This document shows, in pieces, positions 40,226 through 50,966 of a stretch of DNA of 64,000 nucleotides; position 1 is the first letter of the stretch; every line of letters begins with the position of its first letter. The stretch covers positions 1,568,001 through 1,632,000 of the forward strand of contig OY829846.1 of the NCBI GenBank assembly GCA_963691875.1. The letters are read 5' to 3'. The notes under the pieces are model-generated. The model saw only the letters and a program-made list of their open reading frames with translations, made no database searches and was not told where the DNA came from. Position numbers and translations under genes: made by a program. The DNA comes from Aureliella sp. (lineage in GTDB: Bacteria > Planctomycetota > Planctomycetia > Pirellulales > Pirellulaceae).

Positions 40226-41167
40226 TTACTTATTTAGTTCGATACTCTCCAAGCCATAAAACTTGAGAGCGTTCTTGTACAACAGTTTCTCTAGCGTTTC
40301 TCGACCGAGTGGAGCGTAGTAGTCCATGACGACTTGCTTGAAGTCGCCGTAGCTGCCGCCGCGCATTGTGACCGGCCAATTGCTGCCGTAAATTAGGCGA
40401 TCCGAACCGAACGCATTGGTCAGTGCGTCAAGAGTGGACTTGTAAAACTTGACATTGATGGGAGATGGCTGCCGATGCGACTGCTGGAACAGACCAGAGA
40501 TTTTGCAGTAGACGTTCGGTTGCTCTGCAGCCATTTTGACTCCAGCCAACCACTCTGGATCGGCGGTCTTGCCTTCGATATCCGCTCCGGCCACATGATT
40601 GATTAGGATCTTTAGCTCGGGCAACCGCTTGGCAATCATGGTGACTTCTTCCAAACTGAACTGGAACATCAGAACGTCCAGAGTCTTTTTCATTTCCGAA
40701 AGACACTTGAGGTCGCGCCACACTGCCTCGGTGAAGAAATCATCACCATCACGCTCGCGCATTCGAATTCCTACGTAGCGTTCGTCTTTCGAGAGCTTCT
40801 TTAGACTCTCCTCAAATCCAGGTTTGCCAATCTCAAGGCTACCCACCAGACCGATGTAGCGGTTCGGCTGGTCCTCCACCAAGTCCAATACCCATTGATT
40901 GTCGGGTAGCCAACTGCTTGCTTCGACGATCACTGTCGCCGTAATTCCGTTCTTCTCACAAACTTCGTTGAAGTGCTTGGGTAACACAGGACGGTAAAGC
41001 ACTTTGTCGGACTCCGGCGGCCAAGGCAAGCCTTGTTCGCGCGTGGTATCGTACAGGTGTATGTGCGTGTCGACGATCGGGATATCTGAAAAGTCTTGTG
41101 CTGGTAGAACCACTGATTTACAGAGTACTGCAGCGAAGGCAAAAACCTGGATTGGGCGAATTTGCAT
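40226..41167 (-). CDS. Amidohydrolase_2 family (L-fuconolactonase-like)
   Basis: IVDTHIHLYD, INHV, NVYCKISGL and YGSNWPV. Confidence 0.88.
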   Translation of the reverse strand: MQIRPIQVFAFAAVLCKSVVLPAQDFSDIPIVDTHIHLYDTTREQGLPWPPESDKVLYRPVLPKHFNEVCEKNGITATVIVEASSWLPDNQWVLDLVEDQPNRYIGLVGSLEIGKPGFEESLKKLSKDERYVGIRMRERDGDDFFTEAVWRDLKCLSEMKKTLDVLMFQFSLEEVTMIAKRLPELKILINHVAGADIEGKTADPEWLAGVKMAAEQPNVYCKISGLFQQSHRQPSPINVKFYKSTLDALTNAFGSDRLIYGSNWPVTMRGGSYGDFKQVVMDYYAPLGRETLEKLLYKNALKFYGLESIELNK

Positions 41168-41462
41168 GGGTTCACCTGAAAGGATCGCAAGTGGAGATCT
41201 GCTAGGAAGAATCGTAGGCTGTGTTGATCAATCATGAAAACGAGATAGCGGCACCTCGCTAAGAATCACTCAGCAAAACCTAGTCATTAGTACACGTATT
41301 CTACGCGAAGAGAATTCCGAGCGTGAAATGCACTCGGACACTTTTTCCGTCCTACACTTCAAGCGAGCCATTGTTTGGAAAAAATCCCGCGGGATTGCCT
41401 GACATTTTTCGTGCTCATTTTCCAACTAATCCCGTCCGATGGCTTCGTTTTGAGGCAGAACT

Positions 41463-41810
41463 ATGGAAAATTCAGAAGCCGCTGCCAGCCTTGCTTTCCA
41501 AGCGATCATGGGGGAATTAGCTGCAGACAGCAGCAATCGTCGCGATGCCGATCGCGCGCCGTGGCGGTCTGGTGTCGAACTGTACCCGCTTGACGCTGAC
41601 TTGCAGGTCATCGGTGAAATGGCTCGAGTTTACGTCAGCGACATTAGTCGATCTGGAATGGGAGTTGTCTCTGATCGCCCGATCGATCACCAATATGTCA
41701 AGCTGACCGTCCCTGGTGCGGAATTCTCACTCTTTGGCCGGGTCATCCACGTGACCTCGATCGACGAATCGGAAAATCAATTCTTGGTTGGCGTGAAGTT
41801 CTTAAAATAG
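41463..41810 (+). CDS. Stand-alone PilZ domain protein
   Basis: RRDADR (RxxxR) and DISRSG (DxSxxG) c-di-GMP-binding motifs. Confidence 0.85.
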   Translation: MENSEAAASLAFQAIMGELAADSSNRRDADRAPWRSGVELYPLDADLQVIGEMARVYVSDISRSGMGVVSDRPIDHQYVKLTVPGAEFSLFGRVIHVTSIDESENQFLVGVKFLK

Positions 41811-42063
41811 TTGAGCATAACAGGAACGGAACCAGTTTGCCCCTTGTTTCGTGCAGAGCAACTCTTGCCCAAGTCGCTGCCGCGAATTCGTCTCCGCCCT
41901 GTGACTCTCACAAAAATTTTTGAGCCCTGGCCCGTCGCGTTGAGTCTCGGACTCTTCTGGAATTCCTCCTCGAACTCGAAATGTGAGAGGTGGAACTCTC
42001 TGCGCTAGACTGCGGACGCGGCAACTGAATGTTGTCGGTCAAACACAAACGCTAACTGCCAGC

Positions 42064-42179
42064 AAAAGCCGAGACGCTTTCAGAGTGAAAACGACTCGGG
42101 TTTTATGTAGAAAATAAGGTTCAAGGGGCACCTGCCTTGAATCGACCTATCCTGAGACGATCGCTGCAACCAACTTTTG
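42064..42179 (-). repeat. Structured repeat copy A (hairpins plus terminator)
   Basis: Shares GTGAAAACGACTCGGGTTT, AATCGACCT and AACCAACTTTTG with copy B at 42829-42948. Confidence 0.85.
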
Positions 42180-42211
42180 TATCCTGGCTACTGCTGGGAG
42201 CTGGCCCCTCA

Positions 42212-42727
42212 CTACTCGCGTTCGGTACGTCTTCTTGTTAACAGGATAGCGACGAGTGTAGCGAAGCATAGCAGCGATGCTAGTTCAGACACCGCAGCAA
42301 TCAGAGTCGTAATGTTTAGATTGTCGAAAGTGGTGGTAGATGTAACCGCCCGAGAATCGGAATAGGGAAACACTGCTGGCGAATCCACAAGGGACGCATT
42401 GAGCGTGAGTGCAGATGACTGATAGAGCAGCCCGTTGGTCAGTGAATAACATAGTTGATCAACTACGGTTCCGCTGTTTGGTTTCATCTCAAGTGCGAGC
42501 CCGGTAGATTCCCGGATACTCGTCTAATTTCCGAAAATCTTCGATCCACTAATACCAATGTAGGCCCACCCTGCGATTTCGCTGCCCACTGAATCGATGG
42601 TGGAGAACACGATGTTGGAAGTTGGTGTCAGCGCCCCTGTCTCTGCGATACGAGTCTCGCCAAAGCACTCCAACGCGAGAAAACACTCTTTCTCCAAGAA
42701 ATGCCCTATTCCCAATCCCTGCCTCAA
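42212..42727 (-). pseudogene. Degenerate PEP-CTERM-like protein
   Basis: C-terminus VSELAS + TM + RRR resembles VPEPAS. Two ORFs are joined in frame across a TAG at 42524-42526. Confidence 0.55.
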
Positions 42728-42828
42728 CTTTTTCTCCGACTACCGGGAGTGGCTGAACGACGGGTTTGAACCAGACTTTGATGCAGGAAATCAAATTAAT
42801 TTTTGACAGTAACGCATAGCGTAAACTA

Positions 42829-42948
42829 AAAAACCCGGGGCATTTTCTGGTGAAAACGACTCGGGTTTCAGATAGTGAAAAACAATGGATCAAAGGGCTC
42901 CTGCCGTCAATCGACCTGTCCCAAGTCGATCTCTATAACCAACTTTTG
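42829..42948 (-). repeat. Structured repeat copy B (hairpins plus terminator); may also terminate glgX
   Basis: Direct repeat of 42064-42179; ends on the minus strand in a hairpin plus T6. Confidence 0.85.
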
Positions 42949-42996
42949 AATTCCCCCGATATTCTTCAGTTGGCAAGGATCCGGCGCTTCACGTAC

Positions 42997-45096
42997 CTAT
43001 TTGGGACGCTCCGCTACGTAAGCCTTCATACTGCGATAGACCATCTCCACTCGTCGATTCGCTGGCGCGGCTGGACCATCTAGCTCAGGATAAATATCCT
43101 CGCCTGAATTTTCCGCAGCTGTGTCAATCAACAAGCTCCATCGCAATCCTCGAATCTGTTCAGGCAGAACAAATTTGAGCGTTTCTGCATTGCCATTAAA
43201 CAGCAACAACAAATCACGCCCCTCCCCATCGGGATCATCCGCCGCAGCCGGAGCTGGAAGCCAGCATACGAGTCCACCACTTGGATTCTCCCAGTTGAAG
43301 GCTAGGCCAAGATGGTTGAACCAGTTTACATCGGCTACACCGCGTGAATCGAAGGGTCTACCCGTCAGGAAACGAGTGCGACGCAAGGTAGGTTGGCTTT
43401 TTCGCAAACTTATCAAGCCACGCACAAAGTTGTGAATGTCCTGGTGCTTCTTCACCAGATTCCAATTGAACCACGAGATGTCGTTATCTTGGCAGTAGGC
43501 ATTGTTATTTCCGTCCTGCGTCCGACGCACTTCATCTCCCATCACGATCATCGGGACCCCCTGGCTTAGCAGCAAGGTCGCCAACATATTCTTGATCTGA
43601 CGCTTGCGAATCCGCTCGATGGGTTTTCGCCGCGTCGGACCTTCCACACCATAGTTGTCACTACAGTTGTGGTTGTCGCCGTCTCGACCTTCCTCACCGT
43701 TCGCCATGTTGTGCTTTTCCTTGTAACTCACCAAGTCGTTCAAGGTGAAGCCGTCGTGGCTGGTAATGAAGTTGATGCTGCAGTATGGAGCGCGTCCGGC
43801 GTGTTCGTACAGATCCGAAGAACCCGCCAAGCGAGTTGCCACTGGTCCGACCAACCCATCGTCCCCGCGCCAGTACCGGCGCACATCGTCGCGATAGCGA
43901 CCATTCCACTCCGCCCATCGCAGATCGCCAAAGGAACCGACTTGGTAAGCACCAGCCGCATCCCAAGCTTCCGCGATGATCTTCGTGTCTGCCAGCATCG
44001 GATCCTCGGCGATCATCTCCACCATCGGCGGATTCGGCATCAAGTTGCCGTAACGGTCGCGAGAAAGAATGCTGGCAAGATCAAATCGGAAACCGTCCAC
44101 GTGGTAGTTGTGAACCCAATGCCGCAAGCAGTGGAAAATTAGCTCGCGGCAGATCGGGTGGTTTCCATTGAATGTATTGCCACACCCGGAATAGTTGCTG
44201 TAGTGAGCACCGCCGCTATTTAAGATGTAATAGACTTGGTTCTCCAAGCCCTTGAAGCTCAAGACTGGTCCCTGCTCGTTGCCTTCACAAGTGTGATTGA
44301 AGACCACGTCCAAGATGACTTCGATGCCGGCTTGGTGCAAAGCCTTGACCATCGTCTTGAATTCGTTGACTTGCCCACCCGGCTCCGTGCTCGACGCGTA
44401 GCCGCGATGTGGAGCGAAGAAAGCCATCGGGTCGTAGCCCCAATAGTTGGGGCGTTCTAGATCATTACCGTGAATATCCCGAATTGGAAACTCGTGCACC
44501 GGCATCAATTCGACTGCGGTGATTCCGAGGTCCTGTAAATAAGGAATTTTGTCGATCAGGCCAAGATATGTGCCAGCATTCTTGGCCTTGACCTTCGCGG
44601 TCTTGCTCTTCGTAAAGCCACGAACATGAGTTTCGTAGATGACGGTCTCAGCAAGAGGGCGACGAATGTGCCGGTCGCCAGCCCAGTCGAAGTTGTCGTC
44701 AATAACGACACACTTTGGTGGGCGCGTGATTCCATCAGTGTGTTTCTGGAAACAGCCAGCCAATGCCTTAGCGTAAGGATCGATCAGGCGGGCATTGCCA
44801 TCAAACCATTGTCCGGATTCCGGATCGAATGGCCCGTTGGCTTGAAATTGATATAGCTGTCCAGCGCTTAGACCTGGGACAAAAACGCTCCAGACATCGC
44901 CCCAACGGTCTGAATCGCGATCAAACTCGATTACTTCCGCGGGTTCTAGGTCATCGACCTTATCATAGAGCAGCAGGCGCATGGCTGTGGCGCTGCGACT
45001 GAATACAACAAATTGCACGCCGCGTTCGTTGACGATCGCGCCGTATGGCAGCTTGTATGCGAACTGTAACTCAGGATGCGGGTGTCGCATGAGCAT
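42997..45096 (-). CDS. glgX: Glycogen debranching enzyme (isoamylase, GH13)
   Basis: NYWGYDP, DVVFNHT, DGFRFDLAS, IAEAWD, HDGFTL and GNNNAYCQDN. Confidence 0.96.
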   Translation of the reverse strand: MLMRHPHPELQFAYKLPYGAIVNERGVQFVVFSRSATAMRLLLYDKVDDLEPAEVIEFDRDSDRWGDVWSVFVPGLSAGQLYQFQANGPFDPESGQWFDGNARLIDPYAKALAGCFQKHTDGITRPPKCVVIDDNFDWAGDRHIRRPLAETVIYETHVRGFTKSKTAKVKAKNAGTYLGLIDKIPYLQDLGITAVELMPVHEFPIRDIHGNDLERPNYWGYDPMAFFAPHRGYASSTEPGGQVNEFKTMVKALHQAGIEVILDVVFNHTCEGNEQGPVLSFKGLENQVYYILNSGGAHYSNYSGCGNTFNGNHPICRELIFHCLRHWVHNYHVDGFRFDLASILSRDRYGNLMPNPPMVEMIAEDPMLADTKIIAEAWDAAGAYQVGSFGDLRWAEWNGRYRDDVRRYWRGDDGLVGPVATRLAGSSDLYEHAGRAPYCSINFITSHDGFTLNDLVSYKEKHNMANGEEGRDGDNHNCSDNYGVEGPTRRKPIERIRKRQIKNMLATLLLSQGVPMIVMGDEVRRTQDGNNNAYCQDNDISWFNWNLVKKHQDIHNFVRGLISLRKSQPTLRRTRFLTGRPFDSRGVADVNWFNHLGLAFNWENPSGGLVCWLPAPAAADDPDGEGRDLLLLFNGNAETLKFVLPEQIRGLRWSLLIDTAAENSGEDIYPELDGPAAPANRRVEMVYRSMKAYVAERPK

Positions 45097-46001
45097 ACTT
45101 AACGAGGTCCTTTGGGATCCGAGTACTATCCGTGAAATAGGCTGAGCCGACTGAAGGCGTCACGCATGCATGACAAAATCAGACGGACTGAAGTCTACAA
45201 CCGCATCGACCAACGCGAGCGAATAAAAACACTTCAACTTCCGAATGCGGGAGATCCCAATTCGTGATACTCAGAGCAACAAAAGACTCCCGATCAAATT
45301 TGTTTTTTGGGTCTGGTAAGGGGTAACAATCACACCCGATTGTAACTTCATACTACAAAACAAGTGGCCGCCAAAGACGTTACGTACGGTTAGGTAAGCT
45401 TGTATAGCGATGCAGCCGACTCTCGGAAGGGCAATGTTGAGCAACAGCCCCAATTTGCTGACTTATTCGCTTGTAGCTGAAGCAACAGTTCTTTCGAGCC
45501 GCTAGAGCGAAGGGCAGCGAACAAGCCATTGCCTCCCGGTTTAAACGATGGCCTCAACCCATAGCGAGATTCGCGCTCTCATTGGGATAGGCAGGATTTC
45601 TTTTCAAGAAATAGTTTGACGCATCAGAGCCAGGAAACTCTGACAGATTTCCTCAAAGACAGGGAGTTCGAAGACTGAGCAGGCGAGTCGCCATCTGCAA
45701 CAAACACCCGAGCATGAAGCTGCTACCTAGCAGATGCGAAATCAAGAGCTCTGCGATGCGATCGCTAACGATGAAAAACAAACGCTGGCCAACACCTGAA
45801 CGAGCTGTCCCTGGGGTACACAATTCGGTTCTCGCGTTAGCATCCTAACCAAAGATTAGCCAGGCTTTCACAATTTAGCTTATGGCGTTTCATTTTACTT
45901 TGAGCGTATCTCAACAGTTCCATTCTACCACTGCCTTCTCAAGATCTTTATCCCGAGCTCAAGTGGAACGTGTCGCCGATTTGAATCACTTGGGAGTGCC
46001 G

Positions 46002-47221
46002 ATGGCCCTCTTTAAGCTGTCGGCGGTCTTTAGATGCCACGCTGACACAACGTTAGCCGGGGCTAAAGAATGCCATTGCATCCACTCAACCAAGGCCACA
46101 AAGCTGACACGAAAGAGATCCTGTGGATTTACGCTCGTCGAGCTACTCGTAGTTATTGCGATTATTGGAATTTTAATGGGCTTTGCTGCCTGCGGTGCAA
46201 GCGGCAAGAGAAGCGGCACGCCGCATGCAATGCTCCGTCAACATCAAGCAAATTGCACTCGCTGTGCACAATTATCACGACATCCACAAGTCGACGCCTC
46301 TCCACATGCACCGTGCTGCGCATGACCACGGGGTGGGCGATTGGGGCAACTTATCTTGGTACTACGGGATACTTCCCTACATTGAGGCAGCCAATACCTT
46401 CAACTTTCTACCATCTGCTTTCACCGGCAGTGGCTATTCATGGAACGGAATCGTCAACGGGAACACAAAGTTCGGGCACACAAAGTTGGCACAAATTGCG
46501 AGGGCCCGAATTCCGACTTTCCTGTGCCCAAGCGAAAGTGAAACGAATACGAATGTCCCTGGACTCGCTAACTTTAGCTATCTCGCTAATGCAGGACCTT
46601 CACAACAACTAGCTTTACCGTGGTCTGCGCTTACAAGTCGTTCCCGTGGCTTCATATCTCATTCACGAATGTCTTACAGAGAACAAGGAACAACGCTTTG
46701 CATCGGCGCATAGTTATCTGGCTCCCACAACTCGATGAGATTTCGCGACATTACAGATGGCCTTTCCAATGCATGTGCGTTCAGTGAGGCATTAGTCAAT
46801 GATGGCGGTGGGAGGCACCGTGATCCACGCAGAAATCGGTTCTAGACCAACGCCGCTCTGATTCAGCACCCCGAGACGCCCATTCGCGAATTCGTGGCAA
46901 ACGGACTTGCAGATCATGTCAACTGGCCCAGTTGGAGGCAGTACAAGGGAACAAGTTGGATTTACACAAGTTCCTGGGAAAAGCACCTTAACGATCACGT
47001 TTTCCCACCAAATACGATCTCAATTCCTGGGTACAACACCGACTGGTTTCGCTGCAGTGAAGCGGATGGAGCGATCACACCGGCTTCCAATCACACTGGC
47101 GGAATCCAGGTCGCTATTGCTGATGGTTCAGTGCAGTTCATCTCCGATGAACATCGCGTTTGAAACCTGGTGGGGATTAGGAACACGTGCTGACGGAGAA
47201 GTCGTGGGAATTGAACCGTAA
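46002..47221 (+). pseudogene. DUF1559 prepilin-type protein, disrupted
   Basis: GFTLVELLVV, then a frameshift near 46182, in-frame TAGs at 46711 and 46843, and a frameshift near 47150. The H-X9-DG motif (HTGGIQVAIADG) is retained. Confidence 0.85.
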
Positions 47222-47301
47222 ATTACGTATCATCCGTCAACAGAGGAGAAGGAACTCGGTTCTCCTCGTCACGGGCGGCATCCCGATGCGGAGACAGAAA
47301 G

Positions 47302-47731
47302 ATGAATCCAGTTCGATCCACTCTCGCTTTTTCGATCCTCGTGATTCTGAGCTCGGCTAGTTGTGACAACCGCAGCGCGCTTAAGAAACGGATGGAAGAG
47401 TTCCGCTATGAACCTACAAGCCTGGCTGAGGCACTCATCAAGAGACTGCAGTCCGTTGGCAAAAAGAAAGTCGAGCTTAAGAGTCAGAAGGCGGCCCACG
47501 TTAACGACGTCGAAAAGGGGCGGCTCCTCAACGTAAATGAGCGCCCTGATCGGAATCAATATGGATGCAATCGTGCATGAGACCAACGCCAAAATAGCGA
47601 CTGTCGAAGATAGCGGAGGCAACGAACTTGCGATTCTCGAAAAGGTCGTAACCAAAATCAGAGCATCCGAGAAGGTTGAAGAATCGATCATCAACTACTT
47701 TGAGCAGGCGATGAGGTCCTCCCTCCAATAA
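47302..47731 (+). pseudogene. Putative lipoprotein, frameshifted near 47550
   Basis: Lipobox-like SASC; two overlapping ORF halves directly after the DUF1559 gene. Confidence 0.55.
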
Positions 47732-48098
47732 GGCTCCGGCCGGGAAGCTCGCCAACCGAGTGTTTTTTGGGTTTATTGAGGAGCACAAATGTTTAATCTC
47801 CAAGCTGTTTTCCACATGTAATTTATTGCCGTGAGGATGACTCCTGCGTCTTGGGGCATTGCGGGGCAAGGCTCCTCTGAGTGAGTAACAAAAATCGAAA
47901 ATCACTCAGGATTCCGCCAAGGAAAGCGGCCTTCTCCGCTCTGGAAGGACCATCTCTTTACACATAAATTGCGAGTATCGTTCCTTCGCGGCAAATCCGA
48001 GAACAGTCAACTTACATTTTGAACGTTGATTTGCCTTGGTGACGCTCAATCTTCTGCTTCCTAAAATCCTTGATTTCGTTATAATTCGCGAAACACAT

Positions 48099-48184
48099 GC
48101 GGATGTGGCGGAATTGGCAGACGCGCTAGGTTCAGGTCCTAGTGTCCCTTACAGGACGTGGAGGTTCAAATCCTCTCATCCGCA
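48099..48184 (+). tRNA. tRNA-Leu (CAG)
   Basis: Acceptor stem GCGGATG/CATCCGC, anticodon arm CTAGG-TTCAGGT-CCTAG, long variable arm and GTTCAAAT; TATAAT at 48080-48085. Confidence 0.97.
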
Positions 48185-48420
48185 CTGGTTTTTCTTGGGT
48201 AAAACGGGTTGTTCGAACTCAAAATCGAACCCCTCACTTGGTGCGAAATCAAAAATCAGTTGTCCCAGTGAATCGGTGTTGCAACAGCTCACCTACTCCC
48301 GCATCTGAGACCCTCAAAAGTACCTTCGCGTTGGCAAGACGTTGTAACTCTGTCGCTTAATGCCTTGCTGGGCCTTACTTACTCTGCACCTCGCTTGCAC
48401 TTGTTAAGAAGCCCTTACTC

Positions 48421-48930
48421 ATGGCGTCTCTAAAGAGATACCCCAGCGGAAATTTCCACCTCGCGTTCCAGTTCGGCGGCAGCCGGTTCAAACGCTCGCT
48501 GAAGACCAAGAGCCAGTGTAAGGGTAAGGGTGAGAGTAAGGCGGCATGCTCTCGTATAGAGGAGAATATCGCCCTCATCGAAGCCGGCCGGACGGAACAA
48601 CTATTCTCGACCTTCGAGGAGACCGTCCCCGCCGATTCCATGGAAGCCACTTCGCTGTACACGGCCCGAATGTATATGAATCACTAGGTGCGCGTGCTCG
48701 GTGCAATGCAAACCCTGCAGTCTATTTCTTCCCGGGATGTGCAACACTACGTCACTCATCGATCCAAGAAAACCGGACGTCTAAAGTACGTCAGCGCAAC
48801 CACTATCCGGAAGAAGGTCGTTACCTTTCGTAGCATTATGGAATTGGGCGGTCACGCAGGAATGGCTCTCTGGCACTTTTCCGTACAAGGGCATCGTCTA
48901 TCCTAAAGAAAGTGAGCAGCCGCCGAACCA
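48421..48930 (+). pseudogene. N-terminal remnant of a tyrosine recombinase/integrase
   Basis: FHLAFQFGGSRFKRSLKT arm-binding region and a SAM-like segment (VSATTIRK...WNWA..FPYKGIVYPK). TAG at 48685, frameshift near 48838, no catalytic domain; adjacent to a tRNA. Confidence 0.75.
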
Positions 48931-49065
48931 ATTTCACAAACACAATGGGAGCTTTAGCAAAATTTGACGGCGTTAAAGCTTCGCAGGAGACCTTCTGTCA
49001 GATAATTTCGAAAAAGGCTGCTAACCTTCGGCTGAGCCCGACATTCCGTTGTGGAGAGCCAATTT

Positions 49066-49605
49066 ATGGATGCCAACGATCGAGAAGCTGAGTTTGTTTC
49101 GCTGCTGACTGAGCATCAGCTTGCGCTTAAGCTTTTTGTCAATTCGCTTTTGCCCGGCGATGCCGCGGCGGCCGATGTTGCCCAGGAAGTAAGTGCTACT
49201 GTCTGGAAGAAACGTGCAGATTTTGTTCCCGGCACAAATTTCCGAGCATGGATTTTTAGGATCTCACGCAACCAAGTCGCGAACTATCGGCGGAAACAGG
49301 CTCGCGAAGGTGGCGTGGTGATGTTCAGCGATTCCCTTCAAGAAACAATTGCCGCTGAGCTGGGAGATCAGACGACGGATCTCGAACACCGACTTCGCGC
49401 ATTACGTCACTGTCTTCAAAAGCTGCCAAGCTCGGACCGTGCTCTTATTCAACATCGCTATTTTCATCAAACGCCGCTCGGCGACTACGCGAGTCAGATT
49501 GGTCGAACGGTTGGGACTCTGAAGGTCAAGTTGCATCGTATTCGGAATTCTCTGGAGCGATGTGTGTCACAGCAACTCTGCACCGATGGGGAGTCAACTC
49601 CATGA
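49066..49605 (+). CDS. ECF sigma factor, Rhodopirellula/Verrucomicrobium type
   Basis: FVSLLTEHQ, DVAQE..VW.KR..F..GTNFRAW, CLQKL and LHRIR..LERCV. Confidence 0.92.
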   Translation: MDANDREAEFVSLLTEHQLALKLFVNSLLPGDAAAADVAQEVSATVWKKRADFVPGTNFRAWIFRISRNQVANYRRKQAREGGVVMFSDSLQETIAAELGDQTTDLEHRLRALRHCLQKLPSSDRALIQHRYFHQTPLGDYASQIGRTVGTLKVKLHRIRNSLERCVSQQLCTDGESTP

Positions 49606-50966
49606 GGCCAGACGAATGCACCAGGCTAATCGATGAACTACTTGATGGTTTAATCTCAAAAAAGGATCTAGAGCTTCTGGAAGCAGAGCTGGAAAGCAAT
49701 GCTGATTTGCGCCAGGCGTACTACGAACGTCAAAAGTTGCACAGCGTTCTACAAGCCGTCGCCGAAACAAATTCCGAACCTCCGACCGTCACACGGCCAT
49801 CGTTATGGAGTGCACATCGCGGGTGGATCATCGGCATCGCTGCAGCCGCGAGTTTGCTGCTAACAACTGGGCTTGGGTGGTGGATCGGTCGAACAGTTCG
49901 ACGTGGGAGCACGCCAACACCGAGCATTGCTCAGATCGTGCATCAGTCGGGGGCAAGGTGGGTACGGCAGCGAATGGATGGCTCCAAGATCGGCGCCGGT
50001 CTCTTACAGCTTGAGCTAGGACTCGCAAGACTAGGATTTGCCAACGGTGTCTCGGTAACGCTGCAGGGACCGGCGGAATTCGAGATCGTCAGCGGTGAAC
50101 ATGCTCGACTACATAGCGGGATTCTGACTGCCGAGGTTCCGGAATCGGCGATCGGATTTCGCATTGAGACACCGGCGCTTCAGGTTGTTGATTTAGGTAC
50201 TTCGTTTGGTGTTGCGGTTGACGACGACGGACTCACCGACGTCTCCGTGTTTGAGGGTGAAGTTGAGGTGAATCCACGTGGTGAGAGTCCTCGCCGCATC
50301 CCACCGCAGCGCATCGTTGAGGGCCAAGCGATTCGCGGCGTTCGCATGTCATCGGAAATCGAACCCATTGATTATGAAACTGGGGTTTTCGAGCAAGCCT
50401 GGCCAATCAATTCTGGCGTCTTACAAACAACCGGCGTGATGAAGTTCGTCTCGCCAGGTCCCGGCTTCGTTCCCGGACGATTCGAAGACAGCGAACATAT
50501 TGTGGTTTTTTCCGAACGTCGAGGCGTTCTCCTAGAGTCTTCGCTTCGAGTCGACGTCTTGGAACCGGGCGAGTATCTCCGGCTTCGTGATCAGCCTGCC
50601 CTTTCACTTGCAACTGACAGTCGCGTGCGAAGTTATCTGTTGCAGCTCAATCCAAGCGACCGAAGTCGCGCGATGGTTATGGGCCAAATTACCTTTGACA
50701 GACCGATCGTGGGCTTGATCGCCAGCAGCGGAAAGCTGGCTGAATCAGATGACGTATTGGGACACCCTCACGGAGTTTATGAACAGAATCGTCGCGGCAT
50801 CGAGGCGCCTCGGAACGATCCGCCAGGAAAACCAGATCGAGACACCGTCGTTCTCGCTGCTGACAAACGGACCTTGATCCTGAGTCTGGGCGCCGGATCC
50901 GCTTTAGACCAAATCCGCGTAATCGTGGATGACCCCGAAGCCACCTGGAGCGAATCATGGCAGTGA
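49602..50966 (+). CDS. FecR-domain anti-sigma factor
   Basis: N-terminal domain, single TM, LQGPAEF, GFRIETP...VVDLGTSFGV and VFEGEVEV; ATGA overlap with the sigma gene. Confidence 0.9.
   Translation: MRPDECTRLIDELLDGLISKKDLELLEAELESNADLRQAYYERQKLHSVLQAVAETNSEPPTVTRPSLWSAHRGWIIGIAAAASLLLTTGLGWWIGRTVRRGSTPTPSIAQIVHQSGARWVRQRMDGSKIGAGLLQLELGLARLGFANGVSVTLQGPAEFEIVSGEHARLHSGILTAEVPESAIGFRIETPALQVVDLGTSFGVAVDDDGLTDVSVFEGEVEVNPRGESPRRIPPQRIVEGQAIRGVRMSSEIEPIDYETGVFEQAWPINSGVLQTTGVMKFVSPGPGFVPGRFEDSEHIVVFSERRGVLLESSLRVDVLEPGEYLRLRDQPALSLATDSRVRSYLLQLNPSDRSRAMVMGQITFDRPIVGLIASSGKLAESDDVLGHPHGVYEQNRRGIEAPRNDPPGKPDRDTVVLAADKRTLILSLGAGSALDQIRVIVDDPEATWSESWQ

Noticed and set aside
42064..42948. CRISPR array or IS terminal repeats
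   Set aside because: Only two long diverged direct copies, with no regular spacers, no cas genes and no transposase between them.
45240..45990. About 750-nt intergenic region between glgX and the DUF1559 pseudogene
   Set aside because: No repeat, RNA motif or credible ORF was recognised.
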